A model generated the notes under the pieces. It worked only from the letters and a program-made list of their open reading frames with translations. It was not told the DNA's origin and did not search any database. Of a stretch of 64,000 bases of DNA, positions 49,214 to 59,727 are shown in pieces (the first letter of the stretch is position 1; each line of letters starts with the position of its first letter). The position numbers and the translations under genes were made by a program. Source of the DNA: Alphaproteobacteria bacterium (GTDB lineage: Bacteria; Pseudomonadota; Alphaproteobacteria; RF32; CAG-239); contig SUUR01000006.1 of the NCBI GenBank assembly GCA_015062435.1, positions 258 through 64,257 of the forward strand, in the 5' to 3' direction.

Positions 49214-50164
49214 ATGTTGAATAGTCCTCTAAAAAAATCAATAGTTCTTCATGTCGTGGTATTTTTAATCTGCGTAGTAGATTTGCCGTTGTTTTTTTGG
49301 AATCGTCCGACAGTAGGTCAAGTTCCTATTATAGTGGATTTGAAAGATGTTAAAATTTCGGAAATGACCAATTTACCTCCTAAAGCTAAATTGGGTGATG
49401 AAAATAAAGAAGCTTCTCAGGTAAAACGTAAAATCGAAAAAAAATATAATCAGGATAAAAAAGAAAAGATTGTTGAACCTGAAACTAAAAAAACAGAAAA
49501 GGTAAAAGAAAAAGAGGTTCAAGAAGCTGAAACAAAAACAGAAACTCCTAAGAAAACACATTTGGTGGCTCCACCTCCTAAAAAACCGGTGGTTAAGCCT
49601 ATTCAGAAAAAAGAACAGCCTAAACCCAAAGTAGAACCTCAAAAAAGTAAACCTAAAAATACGGAAAATAAAAAAGAAGATAAACAACCGGAGTTAGCTA
49701 ATCCGCTAAAGAGTTTATTGGCATCAGTTGATGCTTTGGAAAAAGCTGAAGGGCCAAAATCTGAAGTAGCAACAATTAAGGAAGGAACAAATGTCACCAA
49801 TATGGGAATTGAAGGAGGAATCGGCGGTTCTTATTTTAGTGAATTGTCAATTTCTGAAATAGATGCTATTGCGGGAAGATTGCGTGCTTGTTGGAATTTG
49901 GATCCGGGAGCAATGGGTATTGAGGATATGATAGTGGAAATTAAAGCCGAATTAAACCAAGACGGGTCTGTAAGAAAAGTGGAAATTGCCGATATGTCCA
50001 GATATGGGACTGATGATCATTTCCGCTCAGTGGCTGAAAGTGCAAAAAGAGCTGTTTATATTTGTGCTCCATATAAAATATTGGCAGATAAATATGCTGA
50101 AAAATATGATTTATGGAAAATTATGCGTTTACGCTTTAACCCAATGGACAATTCTGTACAATAA
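49214..50164 (+). CDS. tolA: TolA
   Basis: TM with SxxLH, Lys/Glu/Pro linker, alphaproteobacterial C-terminus CWN...DG...RAV..CAP...W....RFNP. Confidence 0.85.
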   Translation: MLNSPLKKSIVLHVVVFLICVVDLPLFFWNRPTVGQVPIIVDLKDVKISEMTNLPPKAKLGDENKEASQVKRKIEKKYNQDKKEKIVEPETKKTEKVKEKEVQEAETKTETPKKTHLVAPPPKKPVVKPIQKKEQPKPKVEPQKSKPKNTENKKEDKQPELANPLKSLLASVDALEKAEGPKSEVATIKEGTNVTNMGIEGGIGGSYFSELSISEIDAIAGRLRACWNLDPGAMGIEDMIVEIKAELNQDGSVRKVEIADMSRYGTDDHFRSVAESAKRAVYICAPYKILADKYAEKYDLWKIMRLRFNPMDNSVQ

Positions 50165-50173
50165 AAGGTAAAT

Positions 50174-50887
50174 ATGATTACAACTAAAAAACTGTCATTA
50201 AGCACTTTGTTAAAGAATAGCTTTAGTTACTGTAATGAAAAATATAAGATATTGCTTTTGTTTATGGTAGCTAACTATTTGATTTGTAGTGGGGCCGCAT
50301 ATTTGTGGAAAAGTTTCTGGCTATGGATATTGGTAGTGATTTTATATGTTTTGTGGGGAGGTATGTTCAGATATTACTTTGAACGTAAGCCTTATTTTGA
50401 TTTTAAATCTTTATTTTATTCAATGGTGCCATCAACCAAAATAGTTGTATTATCAGTTATGATTGTCAGTATATTTTTGTTATTGCCTTTAGCCATACTG
50501 TTTATTCCATTTTTACCTGATGAATTTATAAACGGATATGCACTTTTTTTGCAAAAAAATCTTCAAGATACGTATCTTATTGATGCTATGATTAATGTGA
50601 TTGTGGTAATCTTTTCTCCTATAATATTGTATAGGCCAATGTTGGCTTGGGTGGCAGCCCTGTTGGGAAGGAGCGGATCTTTAAGGTTTGCATGGAACAA
50701 AACCGGTGGTAATTATTGGGAGTTTTTATTACTGGCAGTGCTGATAGATTTGTTATATGCGTTGATATATAACGGAATACTGATTTTGGGAGGAAATATT
50801 TATGTGGCTTTAATGCCGATATCTGTATTGGTAGTTTATTTTAATATTGTAATTGCTAAGATATATGAATTTTTCTTTTTGGAGTGA
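50174..50887 (+). CDS. Hypothetical integral membrane protein
   Basis: 237 aa, about 6 hydrophobic segments. Confidence 0.75.
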   Translation: MITTKKLSLSTLLKNSFSYCNEKYKILLLFMVANYLICSGAAYLWKSFWLWILVVILYVLWGGMFRYYFERKPYFDFKSLFYSMVPSTKIVVLSVMIVSIFLLLPLAILFIPFLPDEFINGYALFLQKNLQDTYLIDAMINVIVVIFSPIILYRPMLAWVAALLGRSGSLRFAWNKTGGNYWEFLLLAVLIDLLYALIYNGILILGGNIYVALMPISVLVVYFNIVIAKIYEFFFLE

Positions 50888-51520
50888 TTATTGATTGGCC
50901 AAAAACTTAGCAATCGGCTTATAAGATAATCTGTGTATTCCTTGTGTAATTCCGTATTTTTTGATGCCGGAAATGTGGGCAGAAGTTCCATATCCTGCAT
51001 TTTTTTCAAAACCATAGTATGGATATTGTTTGGAAATTTCCGTCATAATGTTATCTCTATATACTTTAGCGATGATTGAGGCGGCAGAAATAGAATAACT
51101 TTTAGCATCTCCTTTAATTACGCATTGGCACCGGTAATCTGAGTTTTGGGGAATTCGGTTGCCGTCAATAAGGGCTAAAGTTGGTGTTTCCGGAAGGGAA
51201 CGTATAGCTCGTTGCATGGCAAGAAATGTGGCTTGAAGGATATTTAATTCATCAATTTCTACGACACTTGCCTGACCGATGCCAATACTGATTAATCCTA
51301 AGTTTTGAGCTTCAAACAGTTGCTTGTAAAGAGACTCTCGTTTAGTTACTGATAGCTTTTTAGAATCATTAAGACCATTGAGTAATGAAGAATTTAAGTT
51401 TTTATCTTTGATAATTACAGCTCCGGCGACAACCGGACCGGCCCAAGGACCTCGTCCGGCTTCATCAACTCCGGCGATGATATATTCGGGATATTTATTT
51501 TCAATTTCAAAATCTGGCAT
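50888..51520 (-). CDS. rnhB: Ribonuclease HII
   Basis: GVDEAGRGPWAGPV, DSKKL, DG, SISAASIIAKV.RD, GYGT..H. Confidence 0.97.
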   Translation of the reverse strand: MPDFEIENKYPEYIIAGVDEAGRGPWAGPVVAGAVIIKDKNLNSSLLNGLNDSKKLSVTKRESLYKQLFEAQNLGLISIGIGQASVVEIDELNILQATFLAMQRAIRSLPETPTLALIDGNRIPQNSDYRCQCVIKGDAKSYSISAASIIAKVYRDNIMTEISKQYPYYGFEKNAGYGTSAHISGIKKYGITQGIHRLSYKPIAKFLANQ

Positions 51521-52504
51521 TTACCAATTTACCTTGATTTGTTGAGATGTGACTTCACAATTTCCGCCAATAGGTAAGGTGGCAATAGGTGTGGTGTGAC
51601 CAAAGTCGATGTTTGCGATAATTGGCAATCCTTTTAATTGAGGGATATTTTTAAGGATAAACTCTAATTTCTCTCGTGAAATGCCAGAATTTTTTTGGAA
51701 TCGCCCAATCAATAAAGCTTTGATATTAGAAAAATCTGTTCGTTGGGCAATAGATTGAAGTTGGCGTAAAAATTCTTTGTCATCAGCTAAAGAATAGTTG
51801 CATTCTTCTATCATTAAGATTGTGTCTTTAGAAAATTGAGGACGATATGGGGTGCCTTGTAATAAAATATAAGTGCTGAGATTGCCTCCGGCGAGCTCTC
51901 CTTTGGCAATGCCGTCGTTGATAATCCACCAACCATCATTTTTGATGAACTCTCGTTTTTCTTGGTCTAGAAACCATAAATCATCACTCCATTCATTTGA
52001 AGGTACTATATTTGCAGAACGACTAAATAAAATTTGTTGTAAGTAATCAATAGTATATTCACATCCTTTGAGCATGCCGATGGAACTATAATGCGGGCCA
52101 TAAAAACCAATTAATCCGGTTTGGGCATAAATGCCGTTTAAGAGAGCAGTTATATCTGAAAAGCCACAAATTATTTTGGGATTGTTTTTGATTAAATCGT
52201 AATCTAAAAAGGGTAATACTTGGTTGGAATTAAATCCTCCAATGATTGTAAAAATGGCTTTAATGTTTTTATCTTTGAAAGCATCGTTGATGTCTGATGC
52301 CCTTTTTTCGATTTCTGATGAACCTAACATGTCAAAATTGTCATCAATAGTGTTTTGGCCGAATGAAACTTTTAATCCCATAGCTTCAAAACGTTGTTTA
52401 GCAATTTGACGACAATCTGCTCTAATAATTTTTATGCCAGTAGATGGGGCAATAATTCTGATTTCATCACCGGATTGAAGTGGAGAAGGAATGAGTTTTT
52501 GCAT
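51521..52504 (-). CDS. S66 peptidase (LD-carboxypeptidase/MccF-like)
   Basis: IAPS, IGGFNSNQ, GFSDIT, GGNL, EE, DFGHTTP. Confidence 0.9.
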   Translation of the reverse strand: MQKLIPSPLQSGDEIRIIAPSTGIKIIRADCRQIAKQRFEAMGLKVSFGQNTIDDNFDMLGSSEIEKRASDINDAFKDKNIKAIFTIIGGFNSNQVLPFLDYDLIKNNPKIICGFSDITALLNGIYAQTGLIGFYGPHYSSIGMLKGCEYTIDYLQQILFSRSANIVPSNEWSDDLWFLDQEKREFIKNDGWWIINDGIAKGELAGGNLSTYILLQGTPYRPQFSKDTILMIEECNYSLADDKEFLRQLQSIAQRTDFSNIKALLIGRFQKNSGISREKLEFILKNIPQLKGLPIIANIDFGHTTPIATLPIGGNCEVTSQQIKVNW

Positions 52505-52626
52505 ATTGAAGCTCCTTAGATGTTAATTTGTTTCAGTATAATCATTTTATAATATTTGGCTACTATTTTTTGAGATATTGATATTTAGCGGTTAATGAAT
52601 ATATTTTGAGAAAAATGTGAGGTAAA

Positions 52627-53238
52627 ATGTGTTCTGTTTTGGCAAAAAAATTTTATATATTCCGACATGGTGAGTGTCCTTTAAATAAAACAGGGCATAT
52701 ACAAGGACAAACCATTAACGGCAAATTGACGGAGAAAGGGTGTAAACAAGCTGCTTATGTGGGATTGATGCTTAAGGATAAACAAATAGAAGTGATCGTG
52801 TCTTCACCTATGTATAGAGCTATTCAAACTGCAAAAATTGTTAGAGAGCATTTACAAAATATTCCGATATTAATAGATAAAAGAATTACAGAGGTTAATA
52901 TGGGAGTGGTTGAGGGATTGCATATTTCTTATGCAGAAAAATTATATGCAGAAACATATAAACATTGGAGAAGCAATAAGTTGAAAGATTTGCTTACATC
53001 TTTTGAAAACGGAGAAACTAAAGCTGATGTGCGAAAAAGAGTGTTTGAAGCTTTGGAATATTATGCAAAAATGACAAATTATAAAAATATTGCAATATCG
53101 ACTCATGGAATTGCCATAAGTCAAATTTTGCAATATTTCGGAATTAAAAAAAATAACATTCCTAATGGTACAATAATAGTTGTTTATTATGATAAATCCC
53201 ATTGGAGATATAGCGGATTTATAGGAAATGAAAAATAA
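52627..53238 (+). CDS. Histidine phosphatase (phosphoglycerate mutase family)
   Basis: RHGE, SSPMYRAIQTA, E..MG..EG, STHG. Confidence 0.9.
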   Translation: MCSVLAKKFYIFRHGECPLNKTGHIQGQTINGKLTEKGCKQAAYVGLMLKDKQIEVIVSSPMYRAIQTAKIVREHLQNIPILIDKRITEVNMGVVEGLHISYAEKLYAETYKHWRSNKLKDLLTSFENGETKADVRKRVFEALEYYAKMTNYKNIAISTHGIAISQILQYFGIKKNNIPNGTIIVVYYDKSHWRYSGFIGNEK

Positions 53239-53269
53239 AAAAATCCGCTTTGATTAAAGCGGATTTTTT
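53238..53269. terminator. Bidirectional terminator
   Basis: aaaaaatccgcttt-gatt-aaagcggatttttt between convergent genes. Confidence 0.9.
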
Positions 53270-53286
53270 GAGATTTATACTTTATA

Positions 53287-53892
53287 TCAGAAGGTATAAC
53301 GTAAACCGGCATACCATTCATGACTTGTGAATTCACCATAGGTGAGTTCTTCCATATCCATATAGCGGTAACCCATGTCAAAGTTGGTACAACGGTTGAG
53401 ACGGAGAGATATACCTCCTCCGACAGTCCATGTGAAATTATCTTCATCCCAACTGTATTTAGTGCCGCTAATGATATTTTTATGATTGACTTCTAAACGT
53501 GTAATGCCGATACCACCGGAGATATATGGACTGATCCAGTAGTTGGGCATGAGATCTAAATATGCATTCAACATTAAAGAATCAGAAGAAATATCTACGT
53601 TGTATTTGTGGAAAGGGCTATCTTGATAATGTTCGTCAAAATCATTGCGATAAATATACTCTGCTTCTACACGGAAATATTTATATTTATAACCAAGAGC
53701 ACCGGAAACATTCCAAGTGCCACCAAATTCAAGACGAGAATCATCTACTGAAGCGTCATCTTTGTCATTCAGGTTATAGTCACTATATCCTCCTCTGGCA
53801 GCCAGATAAAATCCGTCACGGGCTTCAGCAATGTTGGTTGTAGCAATAGTTAATACCAAAGCAGAAGTTGCAGTTGCAAAAATTTTGTTCAT
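53287..53892 (-). CDS. 8-stranded outer-membrane beta-barrel (opacity/porin-like)
   Basis: Start at ATG 53892. Signal peptide AEA, RVEAEY, MLNAYLD, PYISGGIG, terminal GLRYTF. Confidence 0.88.
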   Translation of the reverse strand: MNKIFATATSALVLTIATTNIAEARDGFYLAARGGYSDYNLNDKDDASVDDSRLEFGGTWNVSGALGYKYKYFRVEAEYIYRNDFDEHYQDSPFHKYNVDISSDSLMLNAYLDLMPNYWISPYISGGIGITRLEVNHKNIISGTKYSWDEDNFTWTVGGGISLRLNRCTNFDMGYRYMDMEELTYGEFTSHEWYAGLRYTF

Positions 53893-54080
53893 GTTTGTAG
53901 TCTCCAATGGTTGTTTTGTAAATTTTGTCCAAAATAACATGCTTTTTTGTAAAAATCAAGTATTTTTTTATTGTTTATAATCTACTTCAACAGTTGTTAT
54001 TTATTTATTAATTTTTTTGAAAATATTTCAAACCTTTAACTTGGTTTTTGTATGTATATATTATAAAAGAGGTAATAAGG

Positions 54081-54980
54081 ATGCTTTGGATAATAAATGG
54101 TTTAATTTATGGATTTTTTACGGCGTTGTATACATTGGTGAATCAACGTCATAAATTTAACGGATATATATTGGGGATCTGGCGAGGATTTGGAATAGCT
54201 TTATTGTTTTTTCCGTTTATGTTTATGATTCCTTTACAGACGAGCATTAGCAATTGGTTGCTACTGATATTTCAGGGAATAATGATAGGAATCTATGATT
54301 CCCATTTGTTTTTTGCATCAGCACGTTTCGGTGCCGGACCAACATCAAGAACTATGGTTATAAGTGTTTTGGTGACTACGTTGATTTGGTGGATAATGAC
54401 TCCGGATTTATTTATAGTATTGGTTAGTGACGGAAACAGATTTATTACTTTGATTATGATTTTAATCGGGTTTTGTATCAGTTATTGGTATATGATTGCT
54501 TCTCCTATCAGCAAAGAAGTGGCTGAATATGTGACACCTGCAATTTTTGCATTGGCAGGTATGAGTGTGGCAACGAAAGAAATTGCTACAATGGGGCAAA
54601 ATGTATGGTATAATATTGTTTATTATTTAGTGGTAGCTACTTTTGTTAGCGGAATCTATAATGTAATAATGTATCTGATTACCGAAAAGTGTAAAATTAA
54701 AGAGTTGGTTATTGAGATATTTGCTCCTGAAATTGTGAAAGTGGGAATGTATATTGTCAGTTTTTCAGCAGTGCTTATAGCATCAAAAACTATGGCTATG
54801 CGTTTAGCTCCAAATCCGGGGTATGTAGTGGCATTGTTACTAACATCTCCGATTTTTGTTTTTTATTTGAATAAATATAGCAAAATCCCTGATAATATTT
54901 CAGTAAAAGCCGGTTTTTCAATGTTGTTCTTTTTGCTGTTGTTAATGCTAGTTATTAATATTGAGAGTATTGCAGATTAA
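54081..54980 (+). CDS. DMT/EamA-like membrane transporter
   Basis: About 10 TM segments, APNPGYV near the C-terminus, gaggt RBS before ATG 54081. Confidence 0.65.
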   Translation: MLWIINGLIYGFFTALYTLVNQRHKFNGYILGIWRGFGIALLFFPFMFMIPLQTSISNWLLLIFQGIMIGIYDSHLFFASARFGAGPTSRTMVISVLVTTLIWWIMTPDLFIVLVSDGNRFITLIMILIGFCISYWYMIASPISKEVAEYVTPAIFALAGMSVATKEIATMGQNVWYNIVYYLVVATFVSGIYNVIMYLITEKCKIKELVIEIFAPEIVKVGMYIVSFSAVLIASKTMAMRLAPNPGYVVALLLTSPIFVFYLNKYSKIPDNISVKAGFSMLFFLLLLMLVINIESIAD

Positions 54981-56051
54981 TTCTTCTATTATTTTATTTA
55001 AGACCAAAAAGCCTTTAGAGGTTGCTTTTATGTGGTGTGAAGAGTTTTTAATAAGATTATTTTGACTAAGCGATGAAATAACTTGAGGAGATATAAAGTT
55101 ATCAAAATCAATACCGCAAATCTGCTTAAAATGAGCTTTATTGATGCCGGCAGTTAAGCGCATTCCCATTAAAATCAATTCTTCTGCACGTTCAACAGCG
55201 GTTAACGATTCAAGTTTACGCTGATGAGTAGTTGCGTATATTCGGTTGTTAAATTTTATTCTTCCATGTGCTGATGGGCCAATACCGATATAATCATCTC
55301 CTTGCCAATAAAGTTTGTTGTGAGATGATTCATAACCGATTTGTGCATAATTAGACACTTCATAATGTTGGTAGCCGTATTGTTTTAATATATTGTTGCT
55401 GATTTTATACATTGATGCTGATGTTTTTTCATTTGCAGGCAAGATGCCTTTTTTTGCAAAAACCGTACCATCTTCTATTGTTAGTTGATATAGGGATAAG
55501 TGTTTAAAACCCATTTCACACAGAAACGTAAGTTCTTCTTTCCAGTTATGAGCAGATTGATGCGGAAGGGCATAAATCATGTCGGCAGAGTGATTGTCGA
55601 AAATGTTGAGAACTTTAGTTGCTGATGATAAAGCTTCTGCAACACTGTGTGTTCTTCCCAGAAATTTTAATCCTGTGGGATTAAGCGATTGTATTCCTAA
55701 CGAAAGGCGATTAATTCCGGCTAAACGTAAGTCTTTAAATAGTGAATCATTATCTGTATTAGGGTTGGCTTCGAGTGATATTTCAATATTATTGGCAAGT
55801 TTCCAATGGTTGGAAATATTGTTAATTATTTTTTCAATGTTTATGGCGCTAATCAGCGATGGAGTGCCTCCGCCAAAAAATATGGAAGTAACTTCTTGGT
55901 GAGAAGTGATTTGGGAATAATATTTAATATCTTCAATATATTCATTGATGATCTGCTCTTGAGGTATGTTTTTACTGACTTTACTGTAAAAATCACAGTA
56001 AGGACATTTGCTACGGCAAAAAGGCCAGTGAATATAAATACCAAACGCCAT
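54948..56051 (-). CDS. hemW: Radical SAM heme chaperone HemW
   Basis: YIHWPFCRSKCPYCDF, FFGGGTPS, EANP, YEVSNYA, YIGIGPSAH. Confidence 0.93.
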   Translation of the reverse strand: MAFGIYIHWPFCRSKCPYCDFYSKVSKNIPQEQIINEYIEDIKYYSQITSHQEVTSIFFGGGTPSLISAINIEKIINNISNHWKLANNIEISLEANPNTDNDSLFKDLRLAGINRLSLGIQSLNPTGLKFLGRTHSVAEALSSATKVLNIFDNHSADMIYALPHQSAHNWKEELTFLCEMGFKHLSLYQLTIEDGTVFAKKGILPANEKTSASMYKISNNILKQYGYQHYEVSNYAQIGYESSHNKLYWQGDDYIGIGPSAHGRIKFNNRIYATTHQRKLESLTAVERAEELILMGMRLTAGINKAHFKQICGIDFDNFISPQVISSLSQNNLIKNSSHHIKATSKGFLVLNKIIEELICNTLNINN

Positions 56052-57358
56052 TAGAGAATAAACTTAGATAAGTCCGCTGAATGAGTATATTTGTTAAGTT
56101 TTTCTTCTACCATTTCCGGAGTTATGACGGTTTCTTGTCCACTACAATCAGTGGCTTTGAAACTAATATCTTCTAACAAAATTTCTAATACCGTATGGAG
56201 ACGTCTGGCTCCGATATTTTCTACATTTTCGTTAATTTCGACGGCAATATCAGCAATTTTATCAATTGCTTGCGGAGAAAACTTGAGAGTAAAATTTTCG
56301 GTACCGAGAAGAGCAATATATTGTTCTATCAAGTTAGCTTCCGGTTCTGTTAAAATTCTTACAAAATCATTGTGGGTAAGGGCTTGAAGCTCTACTCTTA
56401 TCGGCAAGCGACCTTGTAATTCCGGTAATAAATCAGATGGTTTGGCCAAATGGAATGCTCCGGAACAGATAAACAGAATATGATCTGTTTTGACCATGCC
56501 GTATTTAGTGGTTACTGTGGTTCCTTCAATTAGAGGTAATAGGTCTCTTTGTACTCCTTCTCTGGAGACATCTGCTCTTCCGCCTTCTGATTTGCCGGTG
56601 ATTTTATCTATTTCATCAATAAAAACAATACCGTCATTTTCAACAGCTTTAATTGCTTGAGAAGTGATAGTTTCATTGTCTAGTAATTTATCAGATTCCT
56701 CATCTATCAGAAGTTTTTTGGCGTCAATAACTTTGATTTTTCTGGTTTTATATTTTTGGGAGTTGCCTCCAAGTAAGTCACCAAGACTAATCATGCCCAT
56801 AGATGCTCCGGGCATTCCCGGAATATCAATTGTCGGCATGGAAGTATTAGAATTATCAAGTAAAGAAATTTCAATTTCTCGTTCGTCTAATTTATTGTCT
56901 CTCAAAAGTTGGCGGAATTTTTGTTTGGTATCTTCTCCGGCATTGGTGCCGACTAAAGCTTCCAATAAACGTTCCTCCGCTCCATCAGATGCTTGTGCGT
57001 TTACTTTTTTGCGCATTTCTTTGCGTGTATTGTGTAATGAAATTTCTACCAAGTCTCTGATAATGCTTTCAACATCTCTTCCGACATATCCGATTTCCGT
57101 AAATTTGGTAGCTTCTACTTTGATAAAAGGAGCTTTTGCTAATTTGGCTAAACGGCGGGATATTTCTGTTTTACCAACACCGGTTGGTCCAACCATTAAA
57201 ATGTTTTTGGGAACAATCTCTTCTCGTAATTTTTCCGGAAGTTGCATTCTTCTCCAGCGATTACGCAAAGCAACGGCAACGGCTTTTTTGGCATCTGACT
57301 GACCAATAATATATTTATCTAATTCTGATACTATTTCTCTAGGGCTAAAGCTATTCAT
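56051..57358 (-). CDS. hslU: ATP-dependent protease ATPase subunit HslU
   Basis: [39 protein letters not shown]. Confidence 0.98.
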   Translation of the reverse strand: MNSFSPREIVSELDKYIIGQSDAKKAVAVALRNRWRRMQLPEKLREEIVPKNILMVGPTGVGKTEISRRLAKLAKAPFIKVEATKFTEIGYVGRDVESIIRDLVEISLHNTRKEMRKKVNAQASDGAEERLLEALVGTNAGEDTKQKFRQLLRDNKLDEREIEISLLDNSNTSMPTIDIPGMPGASMGMISLGDLLGGNSQKYKTRKIKVIDAKKLLIDEESDKLLDNETITSQAIKAVENDGIVFIDEIDKITGKSEGGRADVSREGVQRDLLPLIEGTTVTTKYGMVKTDHILFICSGAFHLAKPSDLLPELQGRLPIRVELQALTHNDFVRILTEPEANLIEQYIALLGTENFTLKFSPQAIDKIADIAVEINENVENIGARRLHTVLEILLEDISFKATDCSGQETVITPEMVEEKLNKYTHSADLSKFIL

Positions 57359-57881
57359 TACAAATTCTTTCTATTATTATATTGTGGTTAGTGTATACAT
57401 CAATGTCTCCGGCAATTTTCATGGAGCGTTGTGCAATATCTTCTAGGCTTAAGTTAGGGATTTCGTATAAAGCTTTGGCTGCAGACATTGCATAATTACC
57501 TCCGGATCCGATACCGATAATTCCGTCATCCGGTTCCATTACTTCTCCGGTTCCGGAAATTACTAAAGATGTTTCTTTATCTGCTACAATCATAAATGCT
57601 TGTAGTTGGCGTAAGTATTTATCCATACGCCAATCTTTGGCTAGTTCTACGGCAGCTCGTTTGAGTTGATTGGCATGTTTTTCAAGTTTTGCTTCCAAGC
57701 GTTCTATAAGAGTAATGCCATCAGCAGCAGCTCCGGCAAAACCGGCTATAATTTTGCCGTTACCTATTCTTCTGACTTTTACTGATTTGGATTTGAAAAC
57801 TATTGCTTCGCCCAGTGTTGCCTGACCATCTCCGGCCATTACAACTTCATTATCTTTTCTTATGCATAAAATTGTGGTCAT
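57351..57881 (-). CDS. hslV: ATP-dependent protease subunit HslV
   Basis: N-terminal [22 protein letters not shown]. Confidence 0.97.
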   Translation of the reverse strand: MTTILCIRKDNEVVMAGDGQATLGEAIVFKSKSVKVRRIGNGKIIAGFAGAAADGITLIERLEAKLEKHANQLKRAAVELAKDWRMDKYLRQLQAFMIVADKETSLVISGTGEVMEPDDGIIGIGSGGNYAMSAAKALYEIPNLSLEDIAQRSMKIAGDIDVYTNHNIIIERICNE

Positions 57882-57953
57882 TAGTTTTTCCTTAAAATAT
57901 TATATCTTTTATTTAGGTAAAGTTTTGATGTTTTGCAAGTAATAATAAGTATT

Positions 57954-58805
57954 TTACATTTTTTCTGACAATAAGTAAAATTGTTGCGGAGTGATTTCTT
58001 CCGGACGAGATGTCAAGGGAATTCCTATCTCATTACACGCCTTTTCAAGATTAGGGTATCCCTTCAAGCTTTGGCGTATCATTTTGCGACGCGACGAAAA
58101 TGCTTGGGAAGTTATTTTTTCCAATTTTGATATTTGTTCTGTTGTAAGATGAGAGGAAAGAGGCTCAAATAAAAGTACACTTGACCAAATTTTGGGAGCG
58201 GGTACAAAACAATCAGGGGAAAGGTCAAATAGTTTGGTTATTTTGCATTGTAATTGTGAAATTATTGATATTCTGCCATAACTTTTATTGTGGGTAGATG
58301 ATAATATTCTTTCAGCAACTTCTTTTTGAAACATAAGTGTTAAACTTTTATATTTGTTGACAGATGTCAGCCATTTTATAAGTAAGGGTACTGATATATT
58401 GTAAGGCAGATTGGATATAATATGAGTGGGAGTTTCAGATGAAGTAGTATATTCGAATTTTAGAGCATCGTTATTGATTATTTCTAAAATGTTTCCGGTT
58501 TTTGATTGAAGTTCTTCCATTATGGATATGCAACGTTTATCCATTTCTATAACCGTAAGTTTTTTGGGGGAGGCTTTTAGAATTGCTCTGGTTAACCCTC
58601 CCGGTCCGGGACCTATTTCTATGACGTGAGAATTGCAAAAATTATCAATTTGTTGATGTGTAAGTGAAAGACGAATTATTTTATCGGTAATATCTTGATT
58701 TAATAGAAAGTTTTGACCGAGATTTTTATCAGCCATGAGATTGTGAGCATCTACGGTAACTCTCAGAGAGGGAAGTGAAGATATTGTTTCTGATAAATTT
58801 GCCAT
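57954..58805 (-). CDS. rsmA: 16S rRNA m6,2A1518/1519 dimethyltransferase
   Basis: LGQNFL, EIGPGPGGLT, SNLPYNI, MFQKEVAER. Confidence 0.96.
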   Translation of the reverse strand: MANLSETISSLPSLRVTVDAHNLMADKNLGQNFLLNQDITDKIIRLSLTHQQIDNFCNSHVIEIGPGPGGLTRAILKASPKKLTVIEMDKRCISIMEELQSKTGNILEIINNDALKFEYTTSSETPTHIISNLPYNISVPLLIKWLTSVNKYKSLTLMFQKEVAERILSSTHNKSYGRISIISQLQCKITKLFDLSPDCFVPAPKIWSSVLLFEPLSSHLTTEQISKLEKITSQAFSSRRKMIRQSLKGYPNLEKACNEIGIPLTSRPEEITPQQFYLLSEKM

Positions 58806-58809
58806 AAGT

Positions 58810-59706
58810 TTACCTTATTTCGATTACAGCTTTTTGGTGAATATCTTGAAGTAGTTTTTTGGATAATGTTTCCATTTTTTGATTTTCAAGAAGTGTTTTA
58901 ATCTCATTTTCTGTTGGAGGTGTCGGTTTATCTGTTTTAGGATTAAAACGTTGTTTTAGCTTCAGTATGTAGTATCCTTCTCCGAGCAAAATCGGATCGC
59001 TGACATCTCCTGCTTTCATTGTTCTTAATCTGGTTTCCAATGTGGAAGCTAATTTTCCGCTATTTACCCAGCCTAAATTTCCGCCGTTTGCTGCCGATGG
59101 ACTCTCGGAAAATTGCATCGCATAAAGCTCAAAACGATTATCATTACGTAAGTTGTTTACTAATTGAGATAAATTTTTAGCATTTTCTTTTTTTATAAAT
59201 ATTTCTGCAACAAAATATTTGGGAATGTTAATGTCCTTTTGAGCACTTTCAAGAGCTTTATTTATTTCTTTTTGAGTAATAGTTCCTTCGGAATAGTATT
59301 TTTTACGAATCACTCTCAGCCATGCAAGTTCTGATTTTAATTGTTCTTCTATTGTTTTGTGACTTACATTGGCTTGTTTTAGCATCAACGGAGTTAAGTT
59401 ATTACTTTGAGTGTATCGTTTTATTTGTTCTTCTATTTCTTTATCGGTGATGAAGATACCTTCTTTGGAAGCTTCTTGAAGTTTGAGTTTTTCTTCAACA
59501 GCACTGTTTAGGACACGTTGGTGAATCATATCTTTGGTTTGACTGTTGTATGGTATGCCGGTATTCATTAAAAGAAGGTTTACTCGATTTTGAAAATCAT
59601 CACTGGATATAATTTCTCCATTAACCAGAGCTTTTATTTTTAACGGAGCGGATATAACAGTACTACTAATAAAAGTTAAGGCTAATGCTAAAATCAGTTT
59701 TTTCAT
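58810..59706 (-). CDS. surA: SurA-like chaperone/PPIase
   Basis: Signal peptide, VNGEII, parvulin FSESPSAANGGNLGW; position between lptD and rsmA. Confidence 0.85.
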   Translation of the reverse strand: MKKLILALALTFISSTVISAPLKIKALVNGEIISSDDFQNRVNLLLMNTGIPYNSQTKDMIHQRVLNSAVEEKLKLQEASKEGIFITDKEIEEQIKRYTQSNNLTPLMLKQANVSHKTIEEQLKSELAWLRVIRKKYYSEGTITQKEINKALESAQKDINIPKYFVAEIFIKKENAKNLSQLVNNLRNDNRFELYAMQFSESPSAANGGNLGWVNSGKLASTLETRLRTMKAGDVSDPILLGEGYYILKLKQRFNPKTDKPTPPTENEIKTLLENQKMETLSKKLLQDIHQKAVIEIR

Positions 59707-59727
59707 GCGGGGGTCTCCTGTTAAAAG

